A DNA stretch of 64,000 bases from Ruditapes philippinarum (GCF_026571515.1 NW_026859735.1:62001-126000), one strand, 5' to 3'; counted from the first letter of the stretch, positions 35,411 to 50,500 are shown. The notes: a model not told the origin generated them from the letters alone. Translations and numbers: made by a program.

Positions 35411-38400
35411 TATTGTAAATAATAAAATTGTTTAATTTTTATCTTTGTAATTTTTTACTGTTCAGTGTCACAAATGTGTCCCTTTTCAGAATTTATATTA
35501 CATTTATTCTTAGTTTCTTTTCCCATACTAACATGTATGCCTGTATCAACGTACCATACAAACGTAACATTGGAATATCTATTGATGACTTTTTCTTTGT
35601 GATGAATAACAAGAAACGCGTTAGCTTGATACTGAACTCATTCATTCATTGCAATATACAGTGAATATCAAACAAAAAAGCACTCGCCTGAAATAACGTC
35701 AGTGTTGAAAAAATATCCGAAAACATTTGAAAACGGGCAGTATAATATATTTGTAAAGGACAGGGAATTTCTTAATGCGTGCACTAGGAAGACTAACTAA
35801 GTGCAGTTAAAATGTCATTTTAAATGATGGCCTACAATGATGGGAGTGCATACTTCATTTTTCTTCTTGCGCATCCGGTTTTAACTATTCGGGAAAAAAT
35901 CGCGCCTACCGTAAATAACGATTTGTCTATGACGCGATATTTTATAGATTTCCCGATATTTGATACAGTAAATTACTAATGTTCAGCGGACTCGGAGTGA
36001 TAGCTGCAAAAACTACGGTCTTACCTCATTTCATATTTCTTCTCCTTGTAAAAACACGTCATCGTCCCGTCATTTGGGTGACACATCAATGAGGGCTGTA
36101 ATATGCTCGCTCCTTCTAAACAAAATTTTTCATAGACATGGAATTGCAATGTTGACAAAACACGTAAATGTACTGATCTTAGTGATCTATGTACACTACT
36201 CAGCAATTTTATCCATATGGATGTAGCTGAAGTTCACTTGAATGAATTGGCGACCTCCGAAATTGAACACTTTCAAGAAATCGTCAAATTACTTGCATAT
36301 CTCGAAATGACATGCTTGCATGGCAATTACGGGACTGATAGGTAATGAATAAAAAGTCTTGGAAAGAAACAAAGCATTGGAATCCGAACCGGGCAAGGGG
36401 CGAGATACTAATATTTAAAAATTTCCGGGAGATTTGTAAAATAATACTTTAAAACTGCAAGATTTTAAAAGTAAACAGTTTTTTAGCCTTTTAAAATTTC
36501 GACAAGAACCCACCCCTGATATTGTAAATCTATGGCACTATCATAAAAACACCATCAGATTAAAGGGAATGAATTTGGGGGCAGCAGTGAGAAAAAATGT
36601 CCCCAACAAGAAAAAAAAAAAAGGGTTAAAAAAAAATCCGGGTGGGAAAACCATTTTTCCCCAAACCCTCATCCGGGGTTTGTGTTTGATTTTAAAATTT
36701 AAGCGGGTTTATTTTTTTAATTTTTTTTTTTAAACTAAAACAAACGATCACCTCAGTTTCACATCAACAGACGGACCGGCTATTGCAACAGATTTTAGAA
36801 ACTGGGTAAATACATTCTCATTAGAAGATAGGTTAAGTATGTTGGCAATAGAATCCTGGACGAAGTGATGTAAAGTCTATCCTATAATTAAAGCTTACAG
36901 CCTGTATAATTTCTCCCTATGTCAATTAGAGTATATAGAGATGAAAAGCTGAATTCTATTCTGAAAAGTTATGACAGCTCAAATGTTTAAGACTGGCCTG
37001 ACAAAGGCTTAACACTTTGTTCTCTTGCACTCTACAAGGGTTAGGTTTAATAACAAAGCGTACTTTTGATATTAACTTCACCTTATATACATCTTGCAAT
37101 TGTTTGGAGATGTCAATCCTTGGATTGATTCCTTAGGATCTGGACGTCCAACAAGATGCGGTTTTTGTGGTAAAAGCTAGCTATCACTGAAGAACGGTGA
37201 AAAAGGCACACAATCAAACAACTTGACGACGTGTGAACAATTGGGGGTCCTGCAACCTGCAGTGGCTGTAAAAGTTCATGGCTTCTTAATAAAATTAAAT
37301 TAAAATTAATTAATAAAACACTGATTTGATGACTATGAATGGTGTTACAATGGTAAAAGTACATATTATATGTATTATAAACCAATCAGGTCTTCATAAT
37401 TATAAAGGCCAGTAGAAATGGTAGACCTAACGAGGAGTAAACTTATTGTGTAAGATGTGGAAGAGCAAAACAAAATACCGAAATCGTAAGAACTATTTGT
37501 TAGCAATATAGCTCTGTTAATTGAAATGAAATTAGGTACGATCTACGCGTGTGACCAAGTTGTCATCAGAAATCATTGTGTATCCTTATAATTTTTTACG
37601 TTTCAAAAAAGACAATTTATTTACCGACAAAATTTCTATATCCCCAAAAACGAAAATTTATTTTTAAACTGATAAAATTTGATGTGAAGAAAAAAGTTAA
37701 AGAACATAACTTGACATTGATTGAGATTGGCAATTTTCTTATGATGATTAGGTAGACATGTTGATGACTCTATCATGGAAAACTTTTTAGATGATTTGAT
37801 GACAAGACAGTGATAATGAAAACTAATGAAATAACGCATGTTAAAGGAACTAACACCATTACTTTTAGTCAATCTTTTATTAAATTTACAAAGGTAAAGT
37901 ACACCAACAACTGATGTCACATGATTAGGCATGAAATGTCAATATGAAAATGAATGACTGGTGATAAAAGTACAACATTTAACAAAGAAAACAACTATAG
38001 ACTGTTCCAATGGGTTTGGCCTGGCTCTGTCCTGGAGGTTTGGCCTTGCTGTATGCACCACTACCGGTGACTGGATAACACTTTAATACTTGTTGAACAT
38101 CTATTATTAACTTATTTCATCTATTAAAGAAAAGAAATTTAAGCAGCCCTTACTTAACACTGTACATTTTGTATGCTTATGTCATTTAAATTAACATCAA
38201 CATGCAGCAAGAGAAATATTGGCTGAACAACAGAAAATTTCATTATACAATACATGTACCTTGTAAGATGTTTAATTAAACAGTAGTAAATGTTTGAATT
38301 CCTAAGGTGACAAAACACTAACCTATAACCTACCTCTCAAAATGCCTGTCTGCTTGAAAAATATATACAACTTTAAAATACATTGTTTTGTAAAAGGGAT

Positions 38401-38543
38401 ATTTAAAATATCATTAATTGGCATACTCATTACTGTATTCATTTATTAAAGCACTAACAAAAACTATAACAACATTGCTGCACAAATACTGACTTTTATC
38501 AATATAATTGTTTGATTTATTAATGAAAGCTAGAGACTGATGT

Positions 38544-41500
38544 TTAGTATCTTGGCCTAGAAGCCTGTTGTGGGGTCCTTGCACCTCCAATCTGACCCCT
38601 CTGTTGCTGTGCACCAAAACCTCCCTGTTGGGGTCCCCTAGGTGCAGCCTGACCTTGCATTGGGGATTGCTGTTGAAACTGACCATACTGAGATCCACCG
38701 TAACCAGCCTGAGCACCCTGGCTCCCTTGCTGTCCCTGCTGTCCTGGATAACCACCTGGCTGGCGGGCACCTTGTTGATTATTTGGTTGATAGGAACTTG
38801 ACCTAGGGGATGTTGACTGGGTCACAGTTGATGGCAAACTTTTCAACAGACTTGGTCCACTCTGAATCAGATTATCTAATGCCTTCTGAACATTTGGGTT
38901 ATCAAAGTTAATCAATGGATTAGATCCTTGCTGGTTCTGTTGAGGTCTGGCTGGGGTACCACCTCCCGAACCACCATATACGGACTGGGCTTGGATGGCT
39001 GCTGACTGGCTCGCACTCGGTACCGAGGATCCTGATCCATTTAGTATGTTGAGAATTTTGTTTTGAAGTTCTTGTTGCTGTTGCTGTAGGAAGGCAGAGG
39101 TACTGTCCCCTGCACTGGCACTTGGGGCTTGAACCCCAGTGGGAGCTGGTCTTGGTGGGCCAGCACCTACAACAAAGAAAAAGTTAGTATGAATTTTATG
39201 CTCAATCATTTTTACAAATCGTAACTCAATCTATTTTATTGTTAGACATGATCACCTTATGATTTGGCCAGATCATATGGTTTTAATCTTATATCATAAA
39301 CACCATGTCTTTTAAAACATTTTCAAAATGCAAATCTTTTCAAAATCACTGAAGTTACTTTAAAACCACTCAAGGATTTTCAAAATATATGAAAAACTAT
39401 CTTTAGCCAATTACTTTTCCTGGGACTTAGACAGAATTGGAACAATGTAGGCTAAAACAGGGAGGCAAATATTGAGAGTAAAAGGATTGAATGAAAAGTT
39501 GAAAAAAATTTCTCAAACTATTGTTTACAAAGATATTCTCTAAAAATGCCCGGCAAAGTGTTTCAATCTTCAAAATGGCTGTTAGACATATTGCGGAACA
39601 TGACCTTTCATGTATATCAGTTTAAACCTATTTATTGAATCTTGACTATGAAACAAATTCAGGCAAATTTTAATAACCTGTTCCAAATGAGATTCATAGA
39701 ACAAAACCTGTTGTAATGCGAAACATGGCCATGATCTCCTGGTTTCTGATTGGTTTTAACACCTATTGTAACAAATTTCTAGAATTACTTCAGCAGTCAG
39801 ATCACCTAACCAACTGTGCTGGATAACTAACCAGTAATTATCGGATTTCTTTGTAAGCGACCAACTTTTAATCTAAAAACAAATCTAAATAAAGCTTTGA
39901 CATAAAGGCACACAACTTTACCACAAGGTCAAAGCTTACCCTACAAGCATAACCACTAGTAACTACATTTCTTTCAGTGTTACACTGATAGGCATTCAAT
40001 ATATTTTGATCCTCCAAATTATTAAAAATAGTGCTTATTTTCCAAAACAGGTAGAGTGGTTGCACCATGAAGGAAGAACACGTTATGTATTTTATATAAC
40101 TGAAGTAATTTAATATACTGTTTAAGCTGTGACTGTCAAACATGGTCAAAACATCTTCACACAAAAGCACACATGAAATTATGTGAATTATGCATGACTG
40201 GGAGGTGAACAAATGTGTTTTACATAAAACAGAAAGTTTCAAACAAAATACTGTTTTATTGGCTCTAATTCTAAATGACAAAACCTGGTATTCTATAAAC
40301 TCATACATTTAAAAAATAATACTTGGAGTAATTGAATAAAAGAATGATGTTTTCAACAAGGTCCAAACCAACAGCAAGACAGCCCTATACAAGGGTTATT
40401 TTAACCAATCGGGTCCTTCCCTTTAAGTTGGGGAAATTAGCAAAGTATTTTTTTGCAAAAAGAGAAGAAAATTGAATTTCAACAGAAAACTGCCTATTTT
40501 TACGAATTTTCTATGGAGAAGACGCCTGCTATAAATGGATTAAAAGCCCAGCTATCATCCAAAACTACTCGCTTTTAAGAAACATCTTATTCATTTTGTA
40601 TATTTGTTCTTATTTTTATTAAGTTTGCTTTGTTAATAAAAAGAGTACAAAAAACTGGGAAATATTTCATTATTGTATTTAAATTAAACTTACTCTCTGC
40701 TGGTGGCCGTATACCCTCATTTATCATCAGTTTTTCCCTACGTTCTTTTAGATAGTCGATAACTTTTCCTAACTCTTCAATTGTAAGCTGGCGATTATCT
40801 GCCAGTAAATTTAAAAGGTACGCAATATCAGCTGACGCTGGTAGGAACGGGGGAGCACTTGGTGCTGGAGTTGCTCCCGGCAATGCGCAGGTGGCGCGGC
40901 TGCCTTCTCACGCTGCGTCTGGATGTACTTCTCAAAACTGGAAGCGATTAGCTTCATGGCATCTTCCAGCGGCATGTTGCGGTGTTCTGCGAGGAGAGGA
41001 AACATACGTCTTTCGATTAAACGGTGGAATGATTGTTTATTTATGACGTTACTACAACATTCAAAATATACGTTAAACTTTTCTGTTTACTCTCACTTGC
41101 AAACAGTGATACTATGTTTATCTAAAAAAAAACTTTAAGCCTATACAATTTTGTTTGAAAGAAATAATAAACTTACCGTTTTAAGTTACATTTTAGCTAG
41201 TTCCAGACATTCAAGACCAAGAAAAAAAAATCCGAAAAATTTTGTATTTATTTATTTCTTTTTACACAAAAATGTTTGATTACTTTACTTTTTATATCTT
41301 TCATGTAAAACAGAATTTGCTTTTTATTTTTTAAATCAAATTAAAATCCCTATATTACTGTACTATCAGAATCAGATGTAAATGAGTTTGTTATTGCTTA
41401 TGTTTATGCCGATGATTTATATTTATTTAGAACATGATATATCAAAAATTTTATTTCATCTAATTGTTATATTTTTCAGCAATCTATTTCCTATACTGTA

Positions 41501-44500
41501 TATCATTTTCAATAAGGAAAATAAAATTCTTTTTTATTTTTAATCATATGCAAGAAGCATATAAAGAACGTGAAGTGAACATTTTAAATAACAAATATGT
41601 CAAAGAAGTGTTATCCTGCTTTATAGACTACTATTCTAGTTTAATGGCTTTTCTTGGGGGTTTTCTTAACTCCGAAAATATTCAGAAATATATTCTAGGA
41701 GGATATTACCAAATAATTTTAATGTGTTAAGTTTGGATGTTTAATACGACTTTGTTGTAAAATGTCGATCGCTGACGAAATATTTGACTATCACAGACTT
41801 CTTACTTGTGTTCGGTTCGGGTTTTTTTTTTCGGAGAGAAATCAGAGAATGTACGTGAACAAAACAGTGACAGACTTATTTAGAGCACTTATACAGTTGA
41901 TTATGAAATACTATGATACTGTACAATGAATGCGGGTCATACCTTTTCTCTCACCTTTATCCCGTGTCCCGATGAAATTGAATTAGAGTTACTGTTCATA
42001 TTATTTTACATGTAGTTTAGTTTGCTCCTTTGTCAGGTTTTTTCATTTAACTCCTATTTTAACAGGTTTTTATGCATTATTTATATACAGAAGGTGATAT
42101 CAATATTTGTTTAAATTTAACTTATATACTGTGCGACTATATCAAAAGTGCATCAAAAACTCAACATCATTTATATGCTACAGGATAAATCTATATATTT
42201 CATTAAATGCATGTCACTTGTACATTATGCATTTTATAAGGAAAAAAAACTTTGTGCAATTTATATATTTCAGGTCGAATTTGGCTTTTTTCAAAATTAC
42301 GCGTCATCTATATTTTGTAGGGTATATAAATAGTTTATAAAACAACTGTGTGTCATTAATATACTTTAGACAATATCAGTTTATTTTTTATCGAACTGTA
42401 GGCTGCATCAACAACTATCTGAGTAATTTATAATGTATCATCAAATGACAATAGTTTATCCAAAACTACGCATCATCTATATACTGTTGGGTATATCAGT
42501 ATTTTATGGGGGCAAAAATGTGCCATTATAGGCACTGAAGGCCACTCAATATATTTTATCAACTGTGCATAATTTATATACTACACACTATATTAAGAGA
42601 TACGCGTTAACTATATTGGCAGTGGCTATATCCAAATCCACCGTGACAACGGCCGAAAGGTCAAAACATAGTCCCTGTATTGTGTTATATGAAGGTATGT
42701 CCTTTTATGTTATTTTTACTCATGATGGTACATCTTGATTTTATAACTTTAAGGTTGCTTTTGATGAGTTATTTGCTTTTTGACAATTTATATCTTGCTG
42801 GGTTTTTAACTGCTTAAAGAAGCCTTTTAAAAGTTTATAAAAAGTAAGAAAAAAAATTTTTTTTATTCAATTTATAATACATGTGAGATTTTAACTTACC
42901 ATTTTTTATTTTTATTTAATCAAAGAACAATATACATAAATATACATTTCTACTAAAATACAATCATTTAAAATCGACATAGTATAAAATATTGCGAAAT
43001 AACCGAGAATAATGTTGAAATATATTTAACATTAAATTTAAACGCATATTATTTGTATCAACAGGTAATGGACCGATCCGGTTCGTAACGCCAAACTGTC
43101 CATTTAAAATATGAAGGATTATAATATAACAATCGTAAAATTCGGCAACTAACGATTTAGGGTCTGGTTCTATGTGAAAGCCGACCTGATTTTATACTTG
43201 TGTCACAGACTGATTACAATCGCCACAAGCGTTAAAAAAAGTCCATACTTTCAACCAGAAATTAAGTACTTTTCACAATGATTAAATTAAACATATTTTA
43301 CACCGTGTATTAAATAGTTAAATACATCATTCCGCATCAGTTTTTACAAAAAGCGAATACTTGAAATAACTAAACAGCTGTCTCCCCTAAAATTAGAAAA
43401 TGAAAACAAAGGAAAAGGTATACTGGTAGTTCATAATATTTGAGATCTACACAACAAGGTCACACAGTGCCAACAAAAGGAACTTTCACGATTTGTTAGG
43501 GTTATATAAATAACCTAATTGGGAATTACAGAGGAGTGGGGACTCTTTAAGGACATTGTACACCTTTTCACATCGATAATTTGGAAATACCTTTATATCT
43601 ATATACTATGTACTTAATATACATCTTCACATTGGCTTATTTAGATTGGGTAGGAAAATTCTTTTAATAGCTTAACACTTAACATTTCATAAAGTTTTTG
43701 TGTTATATCTATTGCATAACAATTTTGTACGGCACAAAGTTTTCTGGAAACACCGGCTTTTCTAAATTTTAAAGGTAAAGAGCTATAATGATGATGACGA
43801 TGATGAATACGATGATGATGTAAATGTATTAGTAATGATGATATGATTTCTTAGAGAAAAGTTAAACAAAAGTAAAAACAAAATGCAGTAAACTATTTGT
43901 TTTTATTCATTTTAAAACAGTTCCCCAACATCGTGCATTCAGAATTTATTCTGTCCCAGGTATTGTTCGAACAAAATGACGCGAACGGTAAAACGTAAGT
44001 TTACATCTTTTTATACGAGTTCAACCAATGAGCATCAAGATTACTCATTCAATTTGAACAGTTTCTTTTTTTATAAGGGTTTGTTTAAAATGGGGGGGGG
44101 GTGTTAATTAGAAATAAAAAATCGTAAAAAAAACTTAAATAAACACCATTGACGTAATCTATTTTTATTATTTTTCGTACCATCTGTTTTTACGGTTTTA
44201 CGGTTTTGTCACAACGCTACCATTTGCAATTATTTGCACGTCTACTTAAAAATCTTAATAAAGGTTTAGTTAGAAAGCTGTTAATTATTTGACAGACATC
44301 TAAACACACAAAGTTTGCAACAAGTCTGCAAATTTGTATCAAACGCTATTGATAGGTCTTTGTCGTTTTATGGACTGTTAGTTGAGAAAAAGGTCATTGA
44401 ACTTTAATGAGAAAATGGCTATAAACTTTCTCCTAACGCAACAACCTACAGTATCTTGGATTATCCATTTTACGCATTTCAACACTATTTATGCAACATA

Positions 44501-47500
44501 TGTAGCGAGCCATATTTACATGAAATGGTTTACCGAATAAACATGTGTTTTATATACAGCTTTCATTTAAACTCAACAATTTCGCAATAAGTTATAAGGA
44601 GACAGCTGCTTAGAAGAAAAACATCGTATCTCTACTTTTGTACCTAAAATTACCCCATTTCCACAACAAAAATTCCTTACCTTGAGGAGTACCATGAAGA
44701 ATGTTCAATGTAAGAGATTTATGAGTCTCATTTTGGGTATTGATTATGATGGCGAATAAAAACTTCTGCCTCGCAGCTTCCTCCACCATATTTGGCACCG
44801 TCAGATCCTCTGGTATGACAATGATGTCAATGATGAGGGCGTGTTGTCGCAGCCTAGCCTCAATAGACTCGGCATATTGTCTGTAATAATCAAGAATATC
44901 CTGCTTTAAATATAGTATTTTTTTTAACATTTTGATTAAATAGTACATATGATATCACATGGATGCCCCCACATTTTACTGATTTTTTTAGTCAGACAAT
45001 GTATGGGCATTAAAATTTCCACTTTAACAAAGGACAGTTTTTAACTGTAAAGCAAGGCAAGCTCATTTCACATATTTAGCCATGGTAAGAATTATTCAAC
45101 TGTAATGTTAGTACCACTTTATAAACATATACAAAGTATCACTTTATAAACATACATTTTACCTGCTCATGTAAAAGTTCAATTCATTTACTTTATATGC
45201 TATTTTTATTTTTATCTATGTTATACAGTGCATGTCCTAACAATCTTGTGGTAACAAAGATTTTGTTTGTTGTTGAGGTGTTACTCAAGGGAGTTAAATC
45301 TATAGTGAAGTTTTACTTTGAGAACGTTGCAGATGTGGGTGTGAAGAGTATTTGCTCTTCAGAAGGCCACCCTACAGTGGTTGCAATGTATCGTAATATA
45401 GAGGATATTTGTTTGTTTTGCATGTAAGATTGAAATATAATTTCACTGAGTGAACACCAGATGCAATATTTTCACGAGTGGCGTAGCCACGAGTGAAAAT
45501 ATAATAGCTGGTGTTCACGAATGAAATATATTTCAATCTTATATGTAAAACAAATAAATTTTCTTTTTATTTCATGCGTTTTAAGTAATTTTAAGTAATT
45601 TTTACTGATTTTGCCGCGTAACGTCGCGCATTCTCCTTCGTGACGTCATCACATCATGACGTCACATCAACAAATTTGAAATATAGTTCTGTTAAATTTC
45701 TCTAATTTTGTTACATTTTTAGCATAATGTATGGTGACATCGACTTTCTTTTCCGAAAGAAGCAAAATTTACGCATGACGGCATTTATTTTTGCCTGTAA
45801 TTCCATTCAGTTTTGATTTTCTTTTCATCCGCATTCAGATATAGTCCGGCTACAGTGAAAATTATATTTTATAAACTTCACTAGTGGTTTATCAGAATAT
45901 AATCATCTGATATATTACAATAAAACACTGGAAAGCATGAAATAAATATATAGTGGTTAATGATTATCAAGTTAAGCTGTAATATTTAAATCTTATCTGT
46001 TAAATTCTGCCCAAATTTATCATAGAATATACGTACGCTAGTTGCTTATTCATACAAATAATCTGAACATCTGCCGGAAGGGACTTTTTTGGCGGTGGTG
46101 GTGGGGGTAGAAAGGGGTCTCTGTAGTAAGGATCTCTGTATGGATCATCATAGGGATCTCGTCTGTATGGGTCACGTCTAAAATTACAATTTTTAAGTAA
46201 AATAACTACATAATATTCATATAATGTTAAATAACTACATTATATTAAGATATTACTCAATTGAAAGACTAACACTTTTTACCTTTTTCAGATCATGTTG
46301 GGTGTGTTGAGTTTAAATTTAGCAGTAACAAAACAGTTTTCCTGTCTTATAAGACTACTCACTTGTAACACTGATTTTCATTGGCTGAGCATAACATCAA
46401 TATAATCTATATACACTGCTTTTTTATCATTTAAATGACATACCTGTAAGGATCGTCCCTGTAAGGGTCTCTGTAGGGGTCGTCAAGTGGGGGTGGTCGT
46501 CTGTATGGGTCAGCATAGTATGGGTCATCCCTGAAACAGGCAACAATTTCCAAAATAAAATCAATTGCAGCTTATCATCTTTAAAAATGAATAACAAATA
46601 TATAGAAAAATAATCGATATTTAAGACCTTTGAGCTTCTGGTTTGACCTTGACCTGTTTGTTAAGAATATTGATGCTGCACGTAAAACCGTACCGTGTTT
46701 CATTCAGCAAAAAATCAGGCAACAAGTTGAATGTTCAAAAGTAATTATCAGCAACCTCAATTTTAATCACAGTTTGTCTTGTCTTTATGTCGACTTTAAG
46801 ACATTTTTTGTCATATCTAGGCAGTCGTTTCCAGCTTTACCTGACAACTAACAAGTAATTATTAATTTGTCAGCAAGTGACCAACAACTTATCCCACATG
46901 ATTTCTGAATACAGGGTGAGGGGCAAATGACCATAAGACGCAATGTCTCAAATCAATTCTTAGGGGGAAATTTATCTTTGCCGAAGGTCCAAACCAGTGT
47001 CCTGTCCCGTTGATTACAAATCCGATGCTCTCTCTACTGAGCAAAGCGGCCAGACTTTTAAACAAAGAGCATAAATATTCTTGCCCAATGTTACAGCAAA
47101 ACCGAGCTATACTAGACACGTGTTAGTAATATACATAGCATATACTTTGGTGCACTTATTTTATTTTAAGCTCAATTTCGTAACAAGTTCTTGCAACTTT
47201 ACTAATCTTCCTGGAACCAGCAAATACTGGTGCCACATGAAGAAACATAGTCCTGACCCGAGCAGGGCTTGAACCCATGATTCTGGGTTTAAAGGCAGAC
47301 ACCTTAACCACTAGGCCACTGCTCCCCTGACTAGTGCAAGTTTTTTACTGTATAACTTTGTTTCAATCTAATCTCTAAGCAACCATTGATTTGGGCAATC
47401 AATTTCTGAGGCCTAGGCATTTTGTAAATAAAGTTTTAAAGATAATGCCTAAAACTAAATCAGACACAGCCACATAAATACACCAATTTAACAAAAAATT

Positions 47501-50500
47501 TAACAAGATTGTGGTGAGATGAAAGACATTGAAAGTGTACATGGTGAGATGAAATCCATTGAAAGTGTACAAAGGATAAAGCAATTAAGCAATAACTACA
47601 GCAAATAAAAGGTACTATGACATACAACATAAAATAATATCTAGCAAGATGTTGCAACATCTTTGTTGGAATCAAAACTATAAATGTGTCCATTGCCTTT
47701 ACATAATTATGCATATTCATAAAGGTTACAAGTTGCAGAACAAAAATCTAATTGAGTTACACAAATAGAAAGACGAGTACATCAGCATCAAATATTTTTT
47801 CAAATATTCTAGCCGAAAACAAAACAACTCAAAACTAGAAACTAGCAGACTATAAATGGCTCTAAAAATATCTTCCCGACAACCACTTTGTCAGAATCAA
47901 CAGTGGCCAATTTAGAGCTCAAGGACAACCTCCCTGCCAAATCTGAGGTTACTACAGCCAGTGCATTGCTAAGTTATGTATTCTACATGCTTCAAATGTG
48001 AAAATGTCAAAATCAATACATTGCGAACAGGACATTCTTTAGCAATTGAGAAGAAAAGCTTTTTTTTTGTCAAGGTCCTGTGACCTTGACCTTTGACCCC
48101 AGTGACCTCAAAATCAATAGGGGTCACCTTATAGTCATGATCAACATCCATGCCAAATATGAAGACTGTGGGTCAAAGGAATCTTAAGTTAATGGTGTGG
48201 ACAAACTTTTTGAAGTCAAAGTCCCTATGACCTTGACCTTTGATTCCAACCTTGGACCTGGTGACCTCAAAGTCAATAGGGGTCATCTACTAATCATGAC
48301 TAACCTCCATGCCAAATATGAAGACTAAGGGTCAGAGGAATCTTAAGTTATTGGGTGGACAAGCTTTTTGAAGTCAAGGCCCCTGTGACCTTGACCTTTG
48401 ACCTAGTGAACTCAAAATCAATAGGGGTCATCTACTAATCATGACTAACCTCCATGCCAAATATGAAGACTAAGGGTGAAAGGAATCTTAAGTTATTGGG
48501 CGGACAAAAAAAAACCGACGGACAGCCGGACGGACAAGCTGATTCCAGTATACCCCCCTTACAACTTTGTTGTGCGGGGGTATAAAAAGAAATAAGAGAA
48601 CTGAATAAATGCTCTCAAAATTTATCATTTACCAACTAACTCAAGTCCCGAGTTATAAAAATTTTGAATCGAGATCAGTCATTAATACCGGCCTCTGATT
48701 GGTTGATTTTGAATACAACATTTGAAATTGACCAATGAAATAATCCCATAAGCAGACTGTTTCCAAAGATCAGCATGATAACAATGAGTCATGCAAGGCT
48801 AATATATCAACACACAGCCTACCTTGGTGGAGCAGGCCCTGCCATATCAACACTGTCCCTAAAATTATAGGGACATTAAAAATACAAATTTTATAATATC
48901 TCGAAATTGTTAAAAACCAATAACCGCCAGTAATTTCAAGAGACCATGACAATGTTATTACATTTTTAAAGGTTTTATTCACAACATTTTTTTATACACA
49001 AAAAATAGGTATTTTGTGCTTATTTTTATTTTCTATCATGAGCATTTTGAATTGTAGTCCTGAACTGCAACATATATGTATTTTTAATTAAGAATTTCAA
49101 CAATATCTGTACCATTTTTAAGAAAGCAAATCATCACATCATGATTTTGGTGTAGTGATCTCTACATAAAAACAAGTAGTGATCAATACATTTGAACATA
49201 GTGATCACTTCATAATGAACAAGTGATGACTAGTGAGCACAATATAATATGAACAAGTTATTGATACATATGAACAAGTAGTGATCACTACATTTGACCA
49301 AGTAGTGATCAATACATATGAGCAAGTGATCAATACATATGAACAAGTTATCAATACATATGAACAAGTGATCAATGCATATCATCAAATGATCAATACA
49401 CATGATCAAACTTAAGAGAAAACTTTTTTTTAAATGACAAACTTTCATGATTTCAGAAAGTACATACCTGGGTGGGGGTTCCCTCCTAGGATAAGGGTCT
49501 CTGAATCTGTCATCATAGGGGTCCCCTCGAACTGGTGATCTGTCCCTACCCCCTGGGGGTGGAGGACCACGGCCATCTCTGCCTGGATATCTATTTAAGA
49601 TTATGCATATGATGTATTTATACACAATATTTAACTAAAATATCTTACATATCTTGAAAACAATCTCTTGAATATTTGGAAAGATTTTTTAACATTTTAG
49701 GCTGTCATATTTAAGTTACAAATAAAAAGAACCTGCAGATCGCAGTTGAAAAAATTCAGAGCACCTGAACAAATTGAACTCAACCCAACTCACTAGCCTC
49801 TTTGCTCAGTTTGTAATGGTGAATTTTTCCTTAACAGCAAAAAGGTCAAGTTCTTGTATAATACTAGAAATTGACATGTTTTCAAACATATAAAGAAAGG
49901 TTAGTTTGCCATAAATGACATACCCGCCTGGTTCCCTATCAAAATCTCTACTGGATCCTGGTCCTCCCCGACCTGCACCTCTGTCTAATGGTGGGCGCGG
50001 TGGACCTCCGGCACGTCTACCTTCTGCTGCCATTTTTACGTCTGTCAAAAATAAAACAAACACACATTTTCGTATGTATATATATTCTTTATCCCTTTTA
50101 ATATATTCCTTCTTACCATGCTTTTGCTTAAGCAATAAGTTAAATGTATGTTGAATTTCTGCTTGTGAACAGGGAACATGCAAATACATATTATAGGGAT
50201 AAGGTTTCAAAATTGTTTTGAGGACGAGTCTTTTTAAACATTTTTTACTATCAAAAGTTCTAATGACTTTTAATCTTCATACTATGAGTTAATAATTAGC
50301 ATCATGAATCTTTGAAAAATATAACTTCATATCAAATTATCAATAGATGTCACAATAAATGACAGTGTAAAAATGAGGGAACAAAAAAACAACAACAAAC
50401 TTGTTTCAATTTTCATGTGTTTATTATTTATAGACAAACAAGAATTGACATCTATCAGCTTTTTTTATTGCAGATGCACAAAAAAAACTGTATTTCTCAT

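Noticed and set aside
38414-38801. Alternative-frame and antisense ORFs over the NCOA5 last exon
   Set aside because: By-products of Q/G-rich low-complexity coding sequence.
39940-39984. 45-nt poison exon in the last NCOA5 intron
   Set aside because: The donor is good but the acceptor has almost no polypyrimidine tract; insufficient support.
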